Positions 1 to 13,940 are shown, counted from the stretch's first letter. The stretch is 64,000 bases of DNA from Lama glama (GCA_028534125.1 CM052817.1:57166001-57230000), one strand, 5' to 3'. Translations and numbers: made by a program. Notes: generated by a model from the sequence alone, not told the origin.

Positions 1-387
1 GAAGAGGGGGGCGGCAGCAGCAGCCACCTTGCTAGTTTTTATGGGCTAAGTGGCTTCATACGCTAGTAAGTGGAAGGACCAGTCTAACTAGCCTGGGGAA
101 GGGGCTGGGAAGGGGCCGGGAAGGGGCCAGGATTCCCACGAAGTTGGTCATTTCCCACTCTTTGACCTTTTGTGGCTGGCCTTTGGACTGTCACGGTGCC
201 TGTGGGCATGTTATTCACCATGTTAATATATTACAGTGGGCGTATAATGAAGTTCAAGGTCTACTAGAAGCCAAATCTCCCACCATCTTGAGCCTCAAGG
301 CCTCCTGGGGGTTGAATCTTTAGCCATTCTGGTGTTAATTGCTGTGTTATTCCTTGAATGGCTGTGCTGTTCCCTCTTCCTGTCTCA
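1..387 (-). mobile_element. ERV1-class LTR (MER41-like), cut by the window start
   Basis: Minus strand begins TGAGACAGG (tgtctca at 381-387); GC-richer LTR-like sequence with G-tract repeats at about 95-130; family from memory. Confidence 0.65.
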
Positions 388-721
388 CTTGTATATTACT
401 AACTGAAAGAATCCAGTCTGAGGAGGCTGCTCACAGTTTGACCCCGTTTATGACAATTATGGAAAACGCAAAACTACATACTTAAGCAGATCATGGGGTG
501 GCGGCTGGGAGTTGAAGTAGTCCATGTGATACTTAAGGTTGGTGTCACTATGAGTATGTCTAAGCCCACACATTTGCACAACCCAAAGGTCAATCATAAT
601 CTATTCAAATTTAGTTGTTTAGGGTGCAGGAGTGTCGCGGGATGGAATACACAACGTGACAGAATCTGACTGTATTAGAAATGGATATGATCAGATAGTA
701 ATTTCAGATCTGACTATACAT

Positions 722-858
722 TGGATTCACTTGGGGAGTTATTTAAAAAATGCTGATGCTGGGGCCCAATCCCAACTTAATTGGTATGGTATATGATATG
801 GACATTTTAAAATGTCCCAGATGATTCAGATATGTAGTAAAGTTTGAGAACCACCACT
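722..858. mobile_element. MER5A/B hAT-Charlie MITE fragment
   Basis: ggattcacttgggga...aaaaatgctgatgctggggccc...gatgattc...gtttgagaaccac matches MER5 motifs. Confidence 0.65.
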
Positions 859-859
859 T

Positions 860-2370
860 TAGAAAAATCATTCTGGAATCTGTTTTTGTTAAATTGGAGA
901 GGGCCTTGTTAATGGCAGAGAAACAAGTTACAAAGATCTCCTAATGCAAGCAGCTCATGATAAGAATATGATCTAGGGCACAGAGAAATGGAAATCAAAA
1001 CCACAGTGAGGTATCACCTCACACCAGTCAGAATGGCCATCATTCAAAAGTCCACAAATGATTCCTCAAAACACTAAAAATAGGTTTACCATATGATCCA
1101 GCAATCCCACTCCTGGGCATATATCCAGAGGGAACCTTAATCCTAAAAGATACATGCACCCCAGTGTTCACTGCAGCATTATTTACAATAGCCATGACAT
1201 GAAAACAACCTAAATGTCCATTGACAGATGACTGGATAAGGAAGTTGTGGTATATTTATACTAATAGAATACTACTCGGCCATAAAAAATAATAAAATAA
1301 TGTCACTGGCAGCAAATGGATGAACCTGGAGATTGTCATTATAAGTGAAGTCAGAAAGAGAAAGAAAAATGCCATATGATATCACTTACATGTGGAATCT
1401 AAAAAAAAAAAAAAAAGACGGACAACCTTATTTGCAAAACAGAAACAGACTCACAGTCATAGAAAACAAACTTATGGTTACCAGGGGTGGGGGAAGGAGG
1501 TGGGAAGGGATAAATTGGGAGTTAGAGATTTGCAGATACTAACTGATATATATAGAATAAATAAACAAGTTCATGCCGTATAGCGCAGGGAACTATACTC
1601 AATATCTTGTAGTAAATTATGGTGAAAAAGAATATGAAAACAAATATATGTATGTTCATGTATAACAGAAGCATTGTGCTGTACAGAAATTGACAACATT
1701 GTAAACTGACTATACTACAATAAACAAATACACACTTTTTTTAATTAAAAAATTTTTAAAAAACAAATGCTGAAGCAAAAAAAGAAATTTTAAAAAAGCC
1801 ACTAATAAACTTACCTACAAAACACAGACTCACAGACATAGTAAACAAACCTATGGTTACCCAGGGGGGAATGGAGGTGGGAAGGATAAATTGGAAGTTC
1901 AAGAATTGCTAATACTATTGCTAATATTAACTACTATATACAAAATAGATTAAAATATAAATTTCTTCTGTACAGCACAGGGAACTATATTCACTATCTT
2001 GTAGTAACCTATAATGAAAAAGAATATGAAAACAAATGTATGTATGTGTATGTATGACTAAAATACTATGCTGTACACCAGAAACTGTAACTGACTATAC
2101 TTCAATAAATAACAAATTTTTTAAAAGAATCTGATCTAGGGCAGATCTCAATAACGTGAGGGATTCTCTCTTCTGAAAAAATATTGCAAGAGTCAAATGT
2201 GAGACTGAGATGGCTAACTGGACATGGGAAATAAAGAAAAAGAACTAGACAGTGATTCCAGGGTTTCCAGCTGAGGCAACACATAGCAGGTGCTGGGATA
2301 AATTTACCAATTTAACAGAGAAAGGGAACACAAGATGAGGAACATGGGTAGGAAAGAAAGAGTGGACACT
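860..2370 (-). mobile_element. L2 fragment (860-980 and 2125-2370) split by an L1 insertion
   Basis: Antisense-L2-like text on both sides of the TSD aagaat(a/c)tgatctagggca. Confidence 0.5.
981..2124 (+). mobile_element. 5'-truncated L1: end of ORF2 plus two tandem 3'UTRs inside one 19-bp TSD
   Basis: gaaatcaaaaccacagtgaggtatcacctcacaccagtcagaatggcc and gatccagcaatcccactcctgggcatat are L1 ORF2-end motifs; polyA signals near 1719 and 2104; TSD 962-980 and 2125-2143 (1 mismatch). Confidence 0.93.
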
Positions 2371-3609
2371 GAGCCTATCCTCCAGTCAATTTGGCCTTCA
2401 CCTCCCTCCCTCTGCCCAGGAGTCATCACTGTTAATTTAAGCCAACATTAGTGCTTGACAGCTCTGCCAGGGGCCAGAAAAGTCGACAGATTTAGGTTAC
2501 TGCAGGATAACAGGGAATCTATTCTACTTCTGATGGCCCTCTCCTGGGACCTCCCTGCCTGAAGAGTCCCAATACAGAATTCTCCCCAAGAGGACTCCAG
2601 CATTTCAGCTGTCACCAGCCCCTGCCAAGAAAGGGAGGGGGCATAGTTTAGGAGTGAGGATCCAATCACCATGAGCCCATAGATCACAATCTCCACCTTG
2701 ACTCCTTGAATTGCATCCCCTAGAAGATGGGAAGCCAGCGCGGAACCCAGAGCACGGATGCTAGAAACTCATGCCGAGAATGAGTGGACTGTACAGTCCT
2801 TCTTTTTAATTTCTTACCCGGTAACAAGCTTGCAGTCCCCAGATCAATACTGCCAGCACATTGCTGTGCACCCCACCAGGCATACTTTGTTGTCTCTATT
2901 ACTTTTAAGGGAAATAATTATCTGTGCACACACCCATGTAAAAATTATTTATAGTTTATTCTTTCTCTCTCAAAACGAAACAACTAAAAAGCATACTTTT
3001 AAAGAATTGTGCCTCTGCCTTTCATAGTAGAAGCTTGTTGAGAAGAGTTGCAGTTTTGTAAAAGGTTTGATCCCCTAGGATCTGTAAACAGAAGCTGTGA
3101 AAGTGGAAAAGATATGGCAGAGAGGGTGTAAGTCAGTAATTCCCATCCATAGCATAATGACTTAAGGAAGAAATACACCATCACATGCCTGAACAAACTT
3201 CAGAATGACCAGCTTTAGCAAAAATGTAGCCTGATCTGCTTCTTGGCTGCCAGGAGAAGCAGAAACAAGAGGATTACTGGGGCACTTGACAATCTTCTCA
3301 GAGTGTAGGCTGAAAAGGGGATCCTTGACACATTTTACCATGTGGATGGGGGGTTTATTATTCTAATGCGGGCCACAGGTAACTCAGGGACTGTCTCCCC
3401 ATCTACACACTGTTTTGGGTGTCTCTTAGGTGTGTATGTAACTGATTCTTTGTAGTATCCTTGCTTGCCTCTTTTCTTTTCTTTCACAAGGTTTAGCAAT
3501 GTCCCTCTGGAACCACAGAGTGAAATCTACCCTCCCATTGCTAGTCTTGTCACCTAAACATGCTCCCTCAAGCAAATTAGAGAACTGGGATAATTCTTTT
3601 ACAAAGTAC

Positions 3610-3790
3610 TGGGTACCAGTTTTGCCACTTACTAACCTGCTGGTCTTGGGCAAGTATTTAACCTCTCTATACTTTACATTCATCATCTAATAGTCCCTAG
3701 TATAGACTGTTGTGGAGATTAAATATATTAATGCAGGCAAGTATTATGCCTGCACATAGCAATTGTCCCAAATATGTTAGCTAGTGTCAC
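3610..3790 (+). mobile_element. MIR SINE
   Basis: MIR core gccacttact...cttgggcaagtatttaacctctct. Confidence 0.75.
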
Positions 3791-3804
3791 AATGTTTCTG
3801 TGAT

Positions 3805-4000
3805 GCAATATAGCTTAGAGATTAAGAACATGAACTCCACAGCCAGCCTGCCTGGGTTCAAATCTTGACTCTACCATTTTTCAGCTGTGTGATTTAAGAC
3901 AAATTATTGACTTCCCTGTGCCTCTATGTTATTTAACCTATAGAAAAGGAGTAATAATATTATCTAATAAAATGGTTATTGTGAGGATTAAACTAAATAT
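3805..4000 (+). mobile_element. MIR SINE
   Basis: cctgggttcaaatcttgactctacca...gctgtgtga...gtgaggattaaa. Confidence 0.8.
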
Positions 4001-6214
4001 ATCTTAGATATATATAATACATAAATAATGTATATAATATAAACTAAATATATACTTATTACAGTGAATAACAAAGACCCTCCTATCAAATAGGAAATTC
4101 TAAGGGTTTAGAAGCTCCCTCCCAAGAACCTGGGATGCATGAAAAAAAACAAAAAGATAGTTCCCTTCCCTTAGATGCCAAAGCTTTGCTATTTCTGGAG
4201 TGGGAAGAACAGGAAAACCTGAACTGAGGTTCAGACCCAGAAAAATGACAGTCAGGAGGAAACCATTACTGCCCATGGCTGCAAGCCCCAAGGCCATTTG
4301 CCCAAAAGCTTTTTACTTCCTTATTCTACTCTGGGAGCCAGACTCTACAAACTTCCAGCTGCCATACATCTGGGCAAGAACTCAGAATAGCACAAACAAT
4401 GTGATTGAAGGAATGAAGATAAATATCTGAGGTTCACAACAAAAAGGTAAGGAAAACATCTATGAATATTTGAAAGATCATATATCAAAGAAGGAAGGAA
4501 ATGAGAAACTGCTTACTGTTATCTGAGGAAATCTGTAAGCTAAAAAAAATGAGTATCAAGAAGTATAACCTATTCGGAAGCATGGAGAATGTGTGGCAAA
4601 CCCAGCCTAAAACAAGTTTTGCTCAATCCCTTCTGGAAGACGTGGGGACCTGTCAAACTGGTCAGCCAGCCCCAGGAAGCAGAACATTTCTTTTAATTTC
4701 TCGTTGGGGTTTACAGTTTGTTCTATTACAATACAGATTCTTTTCTTGAAAACTTTATGACAATGAAACTGACACTGAGAATGGCTGTTTTTTACACTGT
4801 GGAGTGAATGAGCCCTTCCCTAAGAGTTAACTTAAGCAGGCTTAGACTTAGCTAGGTAGGCATTTGGGCTGCAGGCCACACCACCCCTACTCACATGCAA
4901 GTACCATTAGTATCCTGTAGGGCCACTATGGGATGAGATGAGGGGAGAGGAATGGTTGGTTATACATGGAAGAGGAGAGAGGACGTTTTGATGAGGTGAG
5001 GGAACTATAAAGGATGACACAGAACATACACTGACCAGAGCTGGGCCACTGTCCATTAGGGTCCCTTGGACAGGTTTTGGGTTCACTGGGCACAAGTACA
5101 TCTCCTTCAGGGACCTGGAAGAGTACGGCTGAGATGAGGAGGCCCTTTGTCCAGCTGCCACTGGGATTCAGCTCAGTTCTGGTGCCTAAGAGACATCATT
5201 CTTCATGTCAACACTGAATTCTCATGATGTCAGTGCAGCAATTAAGTCCCTCTCCAAAGGGTCTGCAGGCAGCAGGTGTATAAAAGTGGCAGCCAGTACT
5301 GGAGAAGAAGAAGCTGATGGATAGAAGTTAATGCTAGTGACTTCAGGCAACTGACTACCATTCTGTGAAGACTCCCCAAAATAAGGAAGAAGCATTTTGG
5401 ATGAGGGAGATCTAAAGTCTTGTTATGTCTCAGGCAGGATAATATTGAGCTAGTAGATACTGAGGCTACAAATACCCAGACTAAGCTGTAAGCATTTTGG
5501 TGTATTGTTAATTCCAATTGTCCATCATTGCACAAGCACAAAAACCTCTTCCTGGCAGAAGCTGCCTGCTGCTTTTCTGACTTGGTCTTGCCTGGGCCCC
5601 CTTGTTCGGTGCTCCAAGCTCTTCCAGAACCACACACATAAGCTGCTTATTGGTATCAGAACCTTTCTCCGTCTCTCCGTCCTCAGTTATTCAGAGTTTA
5701 CATTTTAACTGAACTTTGAACAGCAGCCTCATCAAATGTATTTCTCTAACTCTAGAGAGACTCATTCCTCACTTGCTACTGCAGATAGCTATGTAATAGA
5801 CTGGGTTATCCTCCTGTGTGTATCTGCAAAATTCCTTCTAAGGGAAATCGACCTGTTACCCAGGTTTTGTCTTTTTGTATGATGCCTCTGTCTCCTGCTT
5901 AGTCTGTCTCACTCTGTTCTGCATGAATTTTATATTTTGTGCTGCAAAATCCAGTATGGACTATTGATAAGGGAAAAAAATTTCAAGATGCCTATTATCT
6001 AAAAAAAAAAAAAAGTTCCCTATTATTTAGAAACAAGTGACATCCAGAGTCACACCATCTTATGTTTCATAGCATAAAGCAGCCTGGGATTTACTGATGA
6101 GCCAGTATTTGTATCTGACACATACTCTGAATGGCCTTTTGCATTACAAAAATACCAATTTTGAAATCCCATGTTTGACACTCTAGAAAATAGTCTAAAA
6201 ATGACAGAATAGCC

Positions 6215-6440
6215 ATTTATTTATTAGGCAGCTACTATTTTCTAGAAGCATTACTAGTTTCATTGCCTGTTCACAATTACTGCAAACTAGGATTACCCCA
6301 TTTTACAGAAGAGAAATTAGAAGCTGAGAGGTTTAAGAACTGACAGCCTCTTCAAGGCCAAACTGTAGACAGGCGTGCTGGGAACCTAACTTACAGTGCC
6401 TGGTTCCAAAGCTTGGTCTCATCCCCCACTACTGCATTGC
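6215..6440 (-). mobile_element. MIR SINE
   Basis: ccccattttacagaagagaaattagaagctgagaggtttaag is the antisense MIR core. Confidence 0.75.
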
Positions 6441-6544
6441 CCAGGAAGAAAATGGTAGCATGCTACAATGGTACACATTCTAAAATCTCAGGGCCACCCT
6501 AAATTTGCAGGGAAAGCCATTTGTATTGAACAAATGACTAAGAA

Positions 6545-6900
6545 TTAAATATTAGCCTTTAAAATCTTTGCCAATTTGATCAAAAGGAATGGTGTCTGAT
6601 TTTGGCTCATATGTCTTTGATTATTGGTAAAATTTGACGTTTTTTCATTCTTATTTGCCATTAATTTTCTTCTTATGTGAATGGACTATGCATGTCTTCT
6701 GTTCTTTTTTCTCTTGCAATCTGAAAGTTTTTCTTACTGATTTTTAAGGCCTCTTTATGCACTGAGGCTGTTAATCATTTAGCCATTACAGTAGTTATCA
6801 ACATTTTATCCCAACATATCACTTTTCTTTAAATTTTGATTATGGTGATCACTTAGGTACGAAAGTTTCAAACACTTACACAGTTAAATCTAAATCTTTA
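6545..6900 (-). mobile_element. Old L1 (L1ME-like) fragment
   Basis: atctttgccaatttgat...tctttgattattggtaa...ttttcttcttatgtgaatgg resembles antisense L1 ORF2 end. Confidence 0.6.
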
Positions 6901-9126
6901 AATTTAACTTTACATACAATGTTCCTTTATTTTTGTACTAAATTTGCCCAAGAATGGTCAGGTCCAAGTGGGATTATGTTGTATTAACCAAAGTTCCATA
7001 AATAGACTGATACACTAAAATACCAACGTATTTATTTATGATGACGACTATATCCTAGCAGTAACCCAAATACCACATAGGCAATGTGGTAAGTAGAAAT
7101 CACTTTGCCTCATTCTCCAATATCTTGGAGTCCATATTATACCCAGATCTGAGGTACTTAGTACTATTATTTCTTTATAACAGAGAAAGAGACTCAGAAA
7201 TGACTCAGTTCTTAAATAACACAACCAGAATGAGCATCCAAATCTCTTCTTCACTGTTTGATTTAAAAGAAAAAAATGTGAAATGTATGTTTTTGTAAGA
7301 ACACAGTCCTTAATTGCACCAAGCATGAAAAAGCAACACAAACATTTTACTTTGCCAAACACATAGATCATTTAAAATGTTTTTAAAAATGAGGAAAACA
7401 GATGTAAAATTGTCTAGAAAAATGGACAACTTCATGATTTGTTTGTCATCTTCTCCCTCCTCGCCTTAACATAATATGTAGCATATCCCATGACAGCTCA
7501 TAAAGTGCACCACTGCCACCAAATCACTAGCTTTTATGGAGACAGTAATGAACATAAGATACCTTAGTAGGAGTTATAAAAATGTAAACACTTCTAACAT
7601 TAAAAAAACAAGTAGAAGTATTTTGTAAACCAAAAATATTCAAATGCCTTGAGAAATGGGAATGTTTGGAACCAAAACTACTGCATAAACATCTGCAGTT
7701 TTACCCATACACTATTTCTCTGGGATTTACACCTATTCACCATTTTTAATGCTCTAGCTCTGACTTGTTCAAAAACAGTTTGCAAGTTCTTGTAAGTCCC
7801 AATTGATTTTGAAGGGAATAAGTGTTGGGGGCACTGAAGAAATTTGTTCAGGCAAACAGACAAGATTGCCCACAACCAGCAAACTGTCTGCCAGCTCCAT
7901 TCCTTTCACTCAGTGTTTCTAGGACTCTGCATGCCCTTGGACAGACAAGTTTTGCTCATGTAAAAGTGAAAATGATCTCTCCTTTTCTGCTTCCACATTT
8001 GAAGGATTAAGACATTTCAGTCTCCTCTGAGTTCCATAGAGTGAAAGCCCCTTGGCATCTTACATATTAATATGGCTAGCACTGATGTGATTTAAATGGC
8101 CTTTTTAAAATCTAATCTATAATACTATGATTATTTACTGTTCCTTGACAGGTACCAGATCTGACTGAAAAAGAGTCTCTTCAAATATTAAGTATTTGGA
8201 ACAGTCAGGTAAAAATAAGAAGAATATATTAAAGGATTAAAGGTAAACAGAAAATGAAGATGAAGGCAGGCCTGAGAAAATTAGAGTAACAAGAAGTGAG
8301 ATTTTGAAAAACAGTATACTTGTGAGGATGAAATTAGCCAACTGTAGCTCTCATACAGCACATTGTCGGCAGGGTTTAAAACACACTGTCCTGCTTCACA
8401 GTATTAAGTTTTGCCAAAGTGTTTCTCATCCTGGGTGCTGCTAGTTAGCACTTTATCTCTATGCTACTTGCCAGTTTTCTTTGTTGCTGTCCAAGACAGC
8501 CATGTAAAATGTGTGTGCATCCTCCTCCTAATGAAAACATTAGGGCAGGTAATGTGGACCATGCTCCACAGCAAAAAATCCAAACAACAAGTGGCACTTA
8601 TATTTCAATTCCTTGCTCCCTGTTCACCACTGATGGAAACATCTTCAAAACGTACTTATTTCCAAAAGCCTCTTTCCTTCTCTTTCAAAAGGAAATGTAT
8701 TTTCAAATTCTTCTAAAGGCTTTATAGAAAACTCTGTGACTTCATCAGTTAAAGAGTCCATTCAGCCCTCATGGCAGCCATCGACAGTTCCTGGACTTGA
8801 GACACAAGGCTCTTACTCTGCCACTCTGTGAGATCAGCAGGGAAATAGCAGGCATATTGTCAGATAGAATATTACACCATTTTGGCCCCCAAAAGAGATG
8901 TTAAGAGCTGTTCAGCTGTGGCATGCTGCTCAAGAAAGTAGACAGTCAGCTTTAGTAACACACTACCAAAAATGCAAAGAAACTTATTTTTTCTTTTCAA
9001 CAAAGAAGACCAAAGTAGAGACCATTACCACTATCTATTCAAAGACATTACACTCTCCCTGAAAATCAAAACTTCCCCAATAACCTGCTTACTAAATACC
9101 TACAGAGCTCATCTATACTTTATGCC

Positions 9127-9303
9127 AGTGACTCTAAAAATGTGGCTGTAGACCAGCAGCAGCAGCATCTGGGAACTTCTCAGAAATGTAGATTTACAGT
9201 TCCCACCTGAAACCAACTGGATTAGAAATCCTGGGGGTGGGGCCCAAAAGTCCAACAAGCCCTCCATGTGGTTCTGATACACACTGAAGACTGAGAACCA
9301 CTA
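9127..9303. mobile_element. MER5A MITE
   Basis: cagtgactctaaaaatgtgg...gaccagcagcagcagcatc...ggggtggggccc...tgagaaccact. Confidence 0.8.
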
Positions 9304-9419
9304 CCATATGCAATGCAATTTTTAACCTTCATCTGGACACAGAAAATATTATTGTAATTTAGGGATAGTGCACCTGGCCAGAGCAAATAATATCAACTCT
9401 GCTATTATTTCTTTTCAGC

Positions 9420-9578
9420 AATGTTATCACAAAATCCTTTGAGAATCTTAACGAGAAACCTTTGAGAATCTAGAGGGAAAATGCAAAAATTCATAAAGGC
9501 AAATTTTGCATTCAGTTTTAGGAGGTTCCTGAACACACATGAAGCCTGTCCGTGTGCCCCAGCACAGGAGCATCTGCT
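9420..9578. mobile_element. MER103C-like hAT element fragment
   Basis: cctttgagaatct...gaaaatgca...aattttgcattcagttttaggaggttc...tgaagcctgtcc; internal 13-bp duplication cctttgagaatct. Confidence 0.55.
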
Positions 9579-9599
9579 TTATCTTTCTCCAACCATTTT

Positions 9600-9770
9600 C
9601 ATCTGCTCTTCACAGTAATCTGTGAAATCAACAGGACAGGTATTATAATTTATAGCAGAGGACTTTGACACTTGAAACCTAAGTGTCTTGCCCCAAATCT
9701 CAGAGTTGGTAACAAACAGAGGGAGCTCATATCCTGGGCTCTGCTTCACTTGCAAACTCTTTGCTTTACA
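9600..9770 (-). mobile_element. MIR SINE
   Basis: gaggactttgacacttga...aagtgtcttgccccaaatctcagag. Confidence 0.6.
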
Positions 9771-10667
9771 TTTCACTCCTCTCCCATTTAGAATGTTGTA
9801 AATAATAATAATAGAAATATCAGTGATTGATCTGCTTTGCTGTTACAAAATAGATACGTTCTGCAATTTAGTAGTAAAAGTGTATTACTTCTACTGAAAC
9901 ACAGAAGCTGGGAAGAAAACCTCCAAATACTCTTTGGAAAATGGTTGGGAAACCTGGAAGAGGTCAGTCATTCAATGCACAGTTGTCCATGAAGTCTCAT
10001 AACAACTCTAGATAAACCAGTCAATATAGTCAAATCCAGTTAATTGAAAAGTAATTGGTTATATGGGTTCTTGATGACTGGAAGGCTCAGTTTTCCACTT
10101 TTCAATTTGTTACTTTGGCCCAATATACATCTACTTTTAGTACAGAGTATTTTCAATTCAATTTTACAAACATTTATTCAGCAGCTACTGTGTACAAGGC
10201 ACTGTAGAAGCCAGAGGTAGATGTACAGAGATATAAGGTATTGTCCCTGCTCTCAGGAAACTTACAAAAAGGTAATGAACTGTAAAAGTGAAGACAGATG
10301 CCACCTGACCAAGAGGATGTTGATGCATTATCAGTATGGCAGCAAGAATCCAGAAAGCACCTAAATTCTTGCCCATGCATTCCTGATTGTAATCAAATAT
10401 TGCATGCGCCTTCTCTCTTGGACCTCCCAATTTGCTGTATCCACAGAAGCTTCTGGATCAAAGGCAAAAAGCTACCCCAGCTATTGTAGTTTCTTGATTC
10501 TGGCTCTGTAATTGTGCCTCTATCTTTATTCACATGACTTTTTGTAATAGATCCCTGATTTCTACAATCTGATTTGCTCCCTGAGCTGAATGCTTGCTAG
10601 CTGTATGTGTGCTTATCACAGGTCATCCATCCCCTATCACCTAGTCAGGTACATCATGCAATTGTGT

Positions 10668-10711
10668 TTCTCTCTCCCTCTCTCTCTCTCTCTCTGTCAC
10701 ACACACACACA

Positions 10712-10742
<31 letters not shown>
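10668..10742. repeat. (CT)n-(CA)n compound microsatellite
   Basis: Seen directly. Confidence 0.95.
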
Positions 10743-10743
<1 letters not shown>

Positions 10744-10789
10744 TCAGCAGCACCAATTTTTCTACTCAAAAAAGTTTTAAATATTCTGT

Positions 10790-12210
10790 CTCAGCTCTCA
10801 TTCTCTCTTGAATCTGTTCCAATTAGGATTTAAATCCTAATACGCCACTGCAGCCAAAGCTATCAACCACTGGGATGTAAAACCCAGTGGTCATTTCCCA
10901 ATCCTTATCTTATTCAACACATCTTCTTCCTGAAACACTTTCTGTGCTTATCTTCCAAGTCACTGCCTCTCAAGTCTTCTGCTACTTTCCTGGTTGTTAT
11001 TTCTCAGTCTCCTTTGTTCCTTCTCATCTTCCCAACATCCAAACACTGGCAAATCCCAGGATTCAGTCCTTAAACTTCTCTATTGCTACTCACTTCCTGG
11101 GTGATCTCATTTAGTTCCATATCTCTAAATACTATATATATTGATGTCTCCAAATTTTATCTCTACACCATCATTTACCTCTGAACTCTAGACCATTTAC
11201 TCAGCTTCTTACTGGTGTCTCCATTTGGATACATAATAAGTTTCTCAAGCTTAACATACTCAAAACTGAACTACTGATTTTTATTCAACACCACCACCAA
11301 AAGTACTCCTCCCATTGTTCTCCTTCTCAAAAAAAATGTTAATTTCATCCTTCCAGTTGCTCAGGCTAAAAACCTTAGTGTCATCCTTGATTCCTCATCC
11401 TCTCTCATGTATTACTACTAATTTATCAGCAAATCATCTCATCTGCACCTTGGAAATTTAACAGAGCTCCAACAACTTATCACTTCCACTGCTACTATAT
11501 TATTAAAGCTATCTGGATTATTAAAACATTTTTGTAAAATTGTCACATTTATTTCAATAGTCTCCTAACTTGTCTCCATCCTTCCATTCTTGGTTACCTA
11601 CTGTCTATTCCCAAACCACTGCCAAAGTAATCTTTTTAAATAGGTCAGAGTATGTCACTACTTTGCTTAAATCTTTCTGATGTCTTCCAATCTCACTCAG
11701 GAGAAAAGCCAAAAATCTTGTAATAGCCTACATGACCAATATAATGGAATCTAGCTATCTTTTTGATATTATCTCTTTAAGCTCTTCTCAGGCTCACTGT
11801 GCTCCAGAAACACTGGCTTCCTTGCTCTTCTTTAAGCACTGAAGCACATTTCCACCTCAGAGTCTTGGTACATGCTGTTCCCTTTGCATGGAATGCTCCT
11901 CAGATGTCTGCATCATTTGCTCCTTCACCCTCTTTGGGTCTTTTTCCAAATGTCATCACCGATAGTGTTCACCCTGACCAATGTATAAATAAAAAAGTTC
12001 CTTACACAGAAACTCACACCCTCTCCACTTACTCTTTTCTATTCTTCATCACCGCCCTAATCTCTACTGCATAATTTATATTTATTCCTGTTATTCCCAC
12101 TAAAATGTTATTGTGACCACCAGAACTTTTTAATTTATTTTTAAATACATGGTTTAAAACAGTAACATAGCCATGAGTAGATATTCAATTAGTATTTGTT
12201 GTATGAATTA
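10790..12210 (+). mobile_element. L2 LINE 3' fragment (about 1.4 kb)
   Basis: cttccagttgctcaggctaaaaaccttagtgtcatccttgattcctc; catgctgttccctttgcatggaatgctc; terminal tatttgttgtatgaat. Confidence 0.9.
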
Positions 12211-12419
12211 GTAAATATTATTATATTCAACTACTTATTGTCTCAGCTCTGACCCAATGTTTTAAGTGTGAATCAGTTCACCAGTTCAGACTATTTTTAA
12301 AGTGGATATCACAAGAAACTACAGCATGTTCCCATTTGTCTATCATTAATATTGTTGATTCTGACAGTAATAGCGATGTGTAATTACAATGTTGATGAAA
12401 ATAATAATGATATTAATGA

Positions 12420-12620
12420 TAATATTTATTTGACAGCAATGAAAATCTAAAACTTAAACATTATCTCTAATTTTCATGCAAATCTGCAAGTTGTATATCA
12501 TCATCCCAGTTCATCAGATAAGGAAATTGGAGCTCAGAAATGTTAGGTAACCTATGTAGTGACTGTCAGTGCTGGGACTAGCCTCCAGCTACCTTAGGCT
12601 CCAATGTCTGCCCTTTTTAA
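12420..12620 (-). mobile_element. MIR SINE
   Basis: cagataaggaaattggagctcagaaatgttaggtaac. Confidence 0.7.
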
Positions 12621-12889
12621 AATCCCTATCCTTATCATTCACTATTTGCCTATCCAGCAACTTTGATTCTTTATTGCTTCCCATAAAGAAAATGAAATAT
12701 AAACCAAATATAACATAATGACTTCATCTAAATAATACTATTGCTCATAATTGGCAATGTCTAAGAGGAAGATCACTTACAGAATGTCCAAGCTAGAAAG
12801 TTTAGAGTTAATTTAGTCCAACTTCTTTATCTAGTTCAATTTCTATATTTTAAAGAAAGGTTAATTTGCCTAAAGTTGGCTTGCTGAAG

Positions 12890-13140
12890 TGGGAGGTGTT
12901 GAGTAACATGGTTAAAGACAGCATCTTGGAAGTCAGATAACCTGGTTCAAAGCCAGGTTTTACGTCTTGTGTGTGACCTGGGACAACATTCTTAACCTTT
13001 CTAGTCCTTAGTTTCCTCACTTTAGAATGGGGATAATACTTTCTTTATAGAGTTGTTTTGCAAATTAATATATATATATATAAAGATATATATATATATG
13101 TATGTATAAAACCTAGCACAATAAACTACAGCTATTATTA
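12890..13140 (+). mobile_element. MIR SINE with internal (TA)n
   Basis: gtgtgtgacctgggacaacattcttaacctttctagtccttagtttcctcactttagaatggggataat. Confidence 0.8.
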
Positions 13141-13709
13141 TGTAGTAATGTCATTGTAAGAGCTAAGTCCTCTAACACTCAGCCAAGTATATCTTATAAA
13201 TCATTATTTTCCTCAAACAGAACAAAATATGAATCTCCACAGGAAGATACCTACTGTTGACTCAGTGTTCAATCCCAAAATCTAATTTTTCAATCTTCTT
13301 AAAGATTCTAGCTTGAATCTGTGAATTCAAATGATAATAATAATGGGAATATTTTTGCTGCTTTCTAAGAAGGAAATGAGAGAATAAAAGGAAGAGAAAA
13401 TAGAGCCTGCTAAGATGATGGAATGAACATTCTTGAACACATGAACGTTTATGCACTAAACTCCTAAGTAGTTGAAATGTATATTTGAAAATATGAATAT
13501 ATATTTTTCAGGACTTAACAAATTCTTCCAGTAACAATAGAAATTGTGCTCAGAAGGAAAGGAAAAAATTACTTTGTTTATGTCTGTTAATATACTTTAG
13601 GGTTGAGTATAAAATTTCCTCTCACATAGTAAACACAGTTCCTCATGAAATTTACAGGACAGGAAGTTTAAAAAGAAAATGACACTTGAAAAATAATCAA
13701 AGAAACTAA

Positions 13710-13940
13710 GTAAATCCATCCATGCCCTGCTTAAAACCTTTGCATGGCTTCCACCATCCTAAGAAGAAAGCTCACACGCACTGGCATGGCATCCACGCCC
13801 TTCCGGATCCGGCCTCCCTACAGGCTGCTCAATCTCCATTTTTTGTCCCTCTACTCCTTTATTCTCTAAGTACCAATCTCCAGGCCTTCGTGTCTGCTAT
13901 TTCCTCTGCCTGGGACATGTCTTCATAGAAAAGCTTCCTT
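13710..13940 (+). mobile_element. L2 fragment
   Basis: ccctgcttaaaacctttgcatggcttcc...gctatttcctctgcctgg. Confidence 0.65.

Noticed and set aside
5270..5300. TATAAAAG with a nearby E-box
   Set aside because: No CpG island, initiator or downstream exon support.
8153..8209. Plus-strand 57-nt exon-like segment (VPDLTEKESLQILSIWNSQ)
   Set aside because: Weak donor (gtaaaa), isolated, opposite to the inferred host strand, peptide unrecognised.
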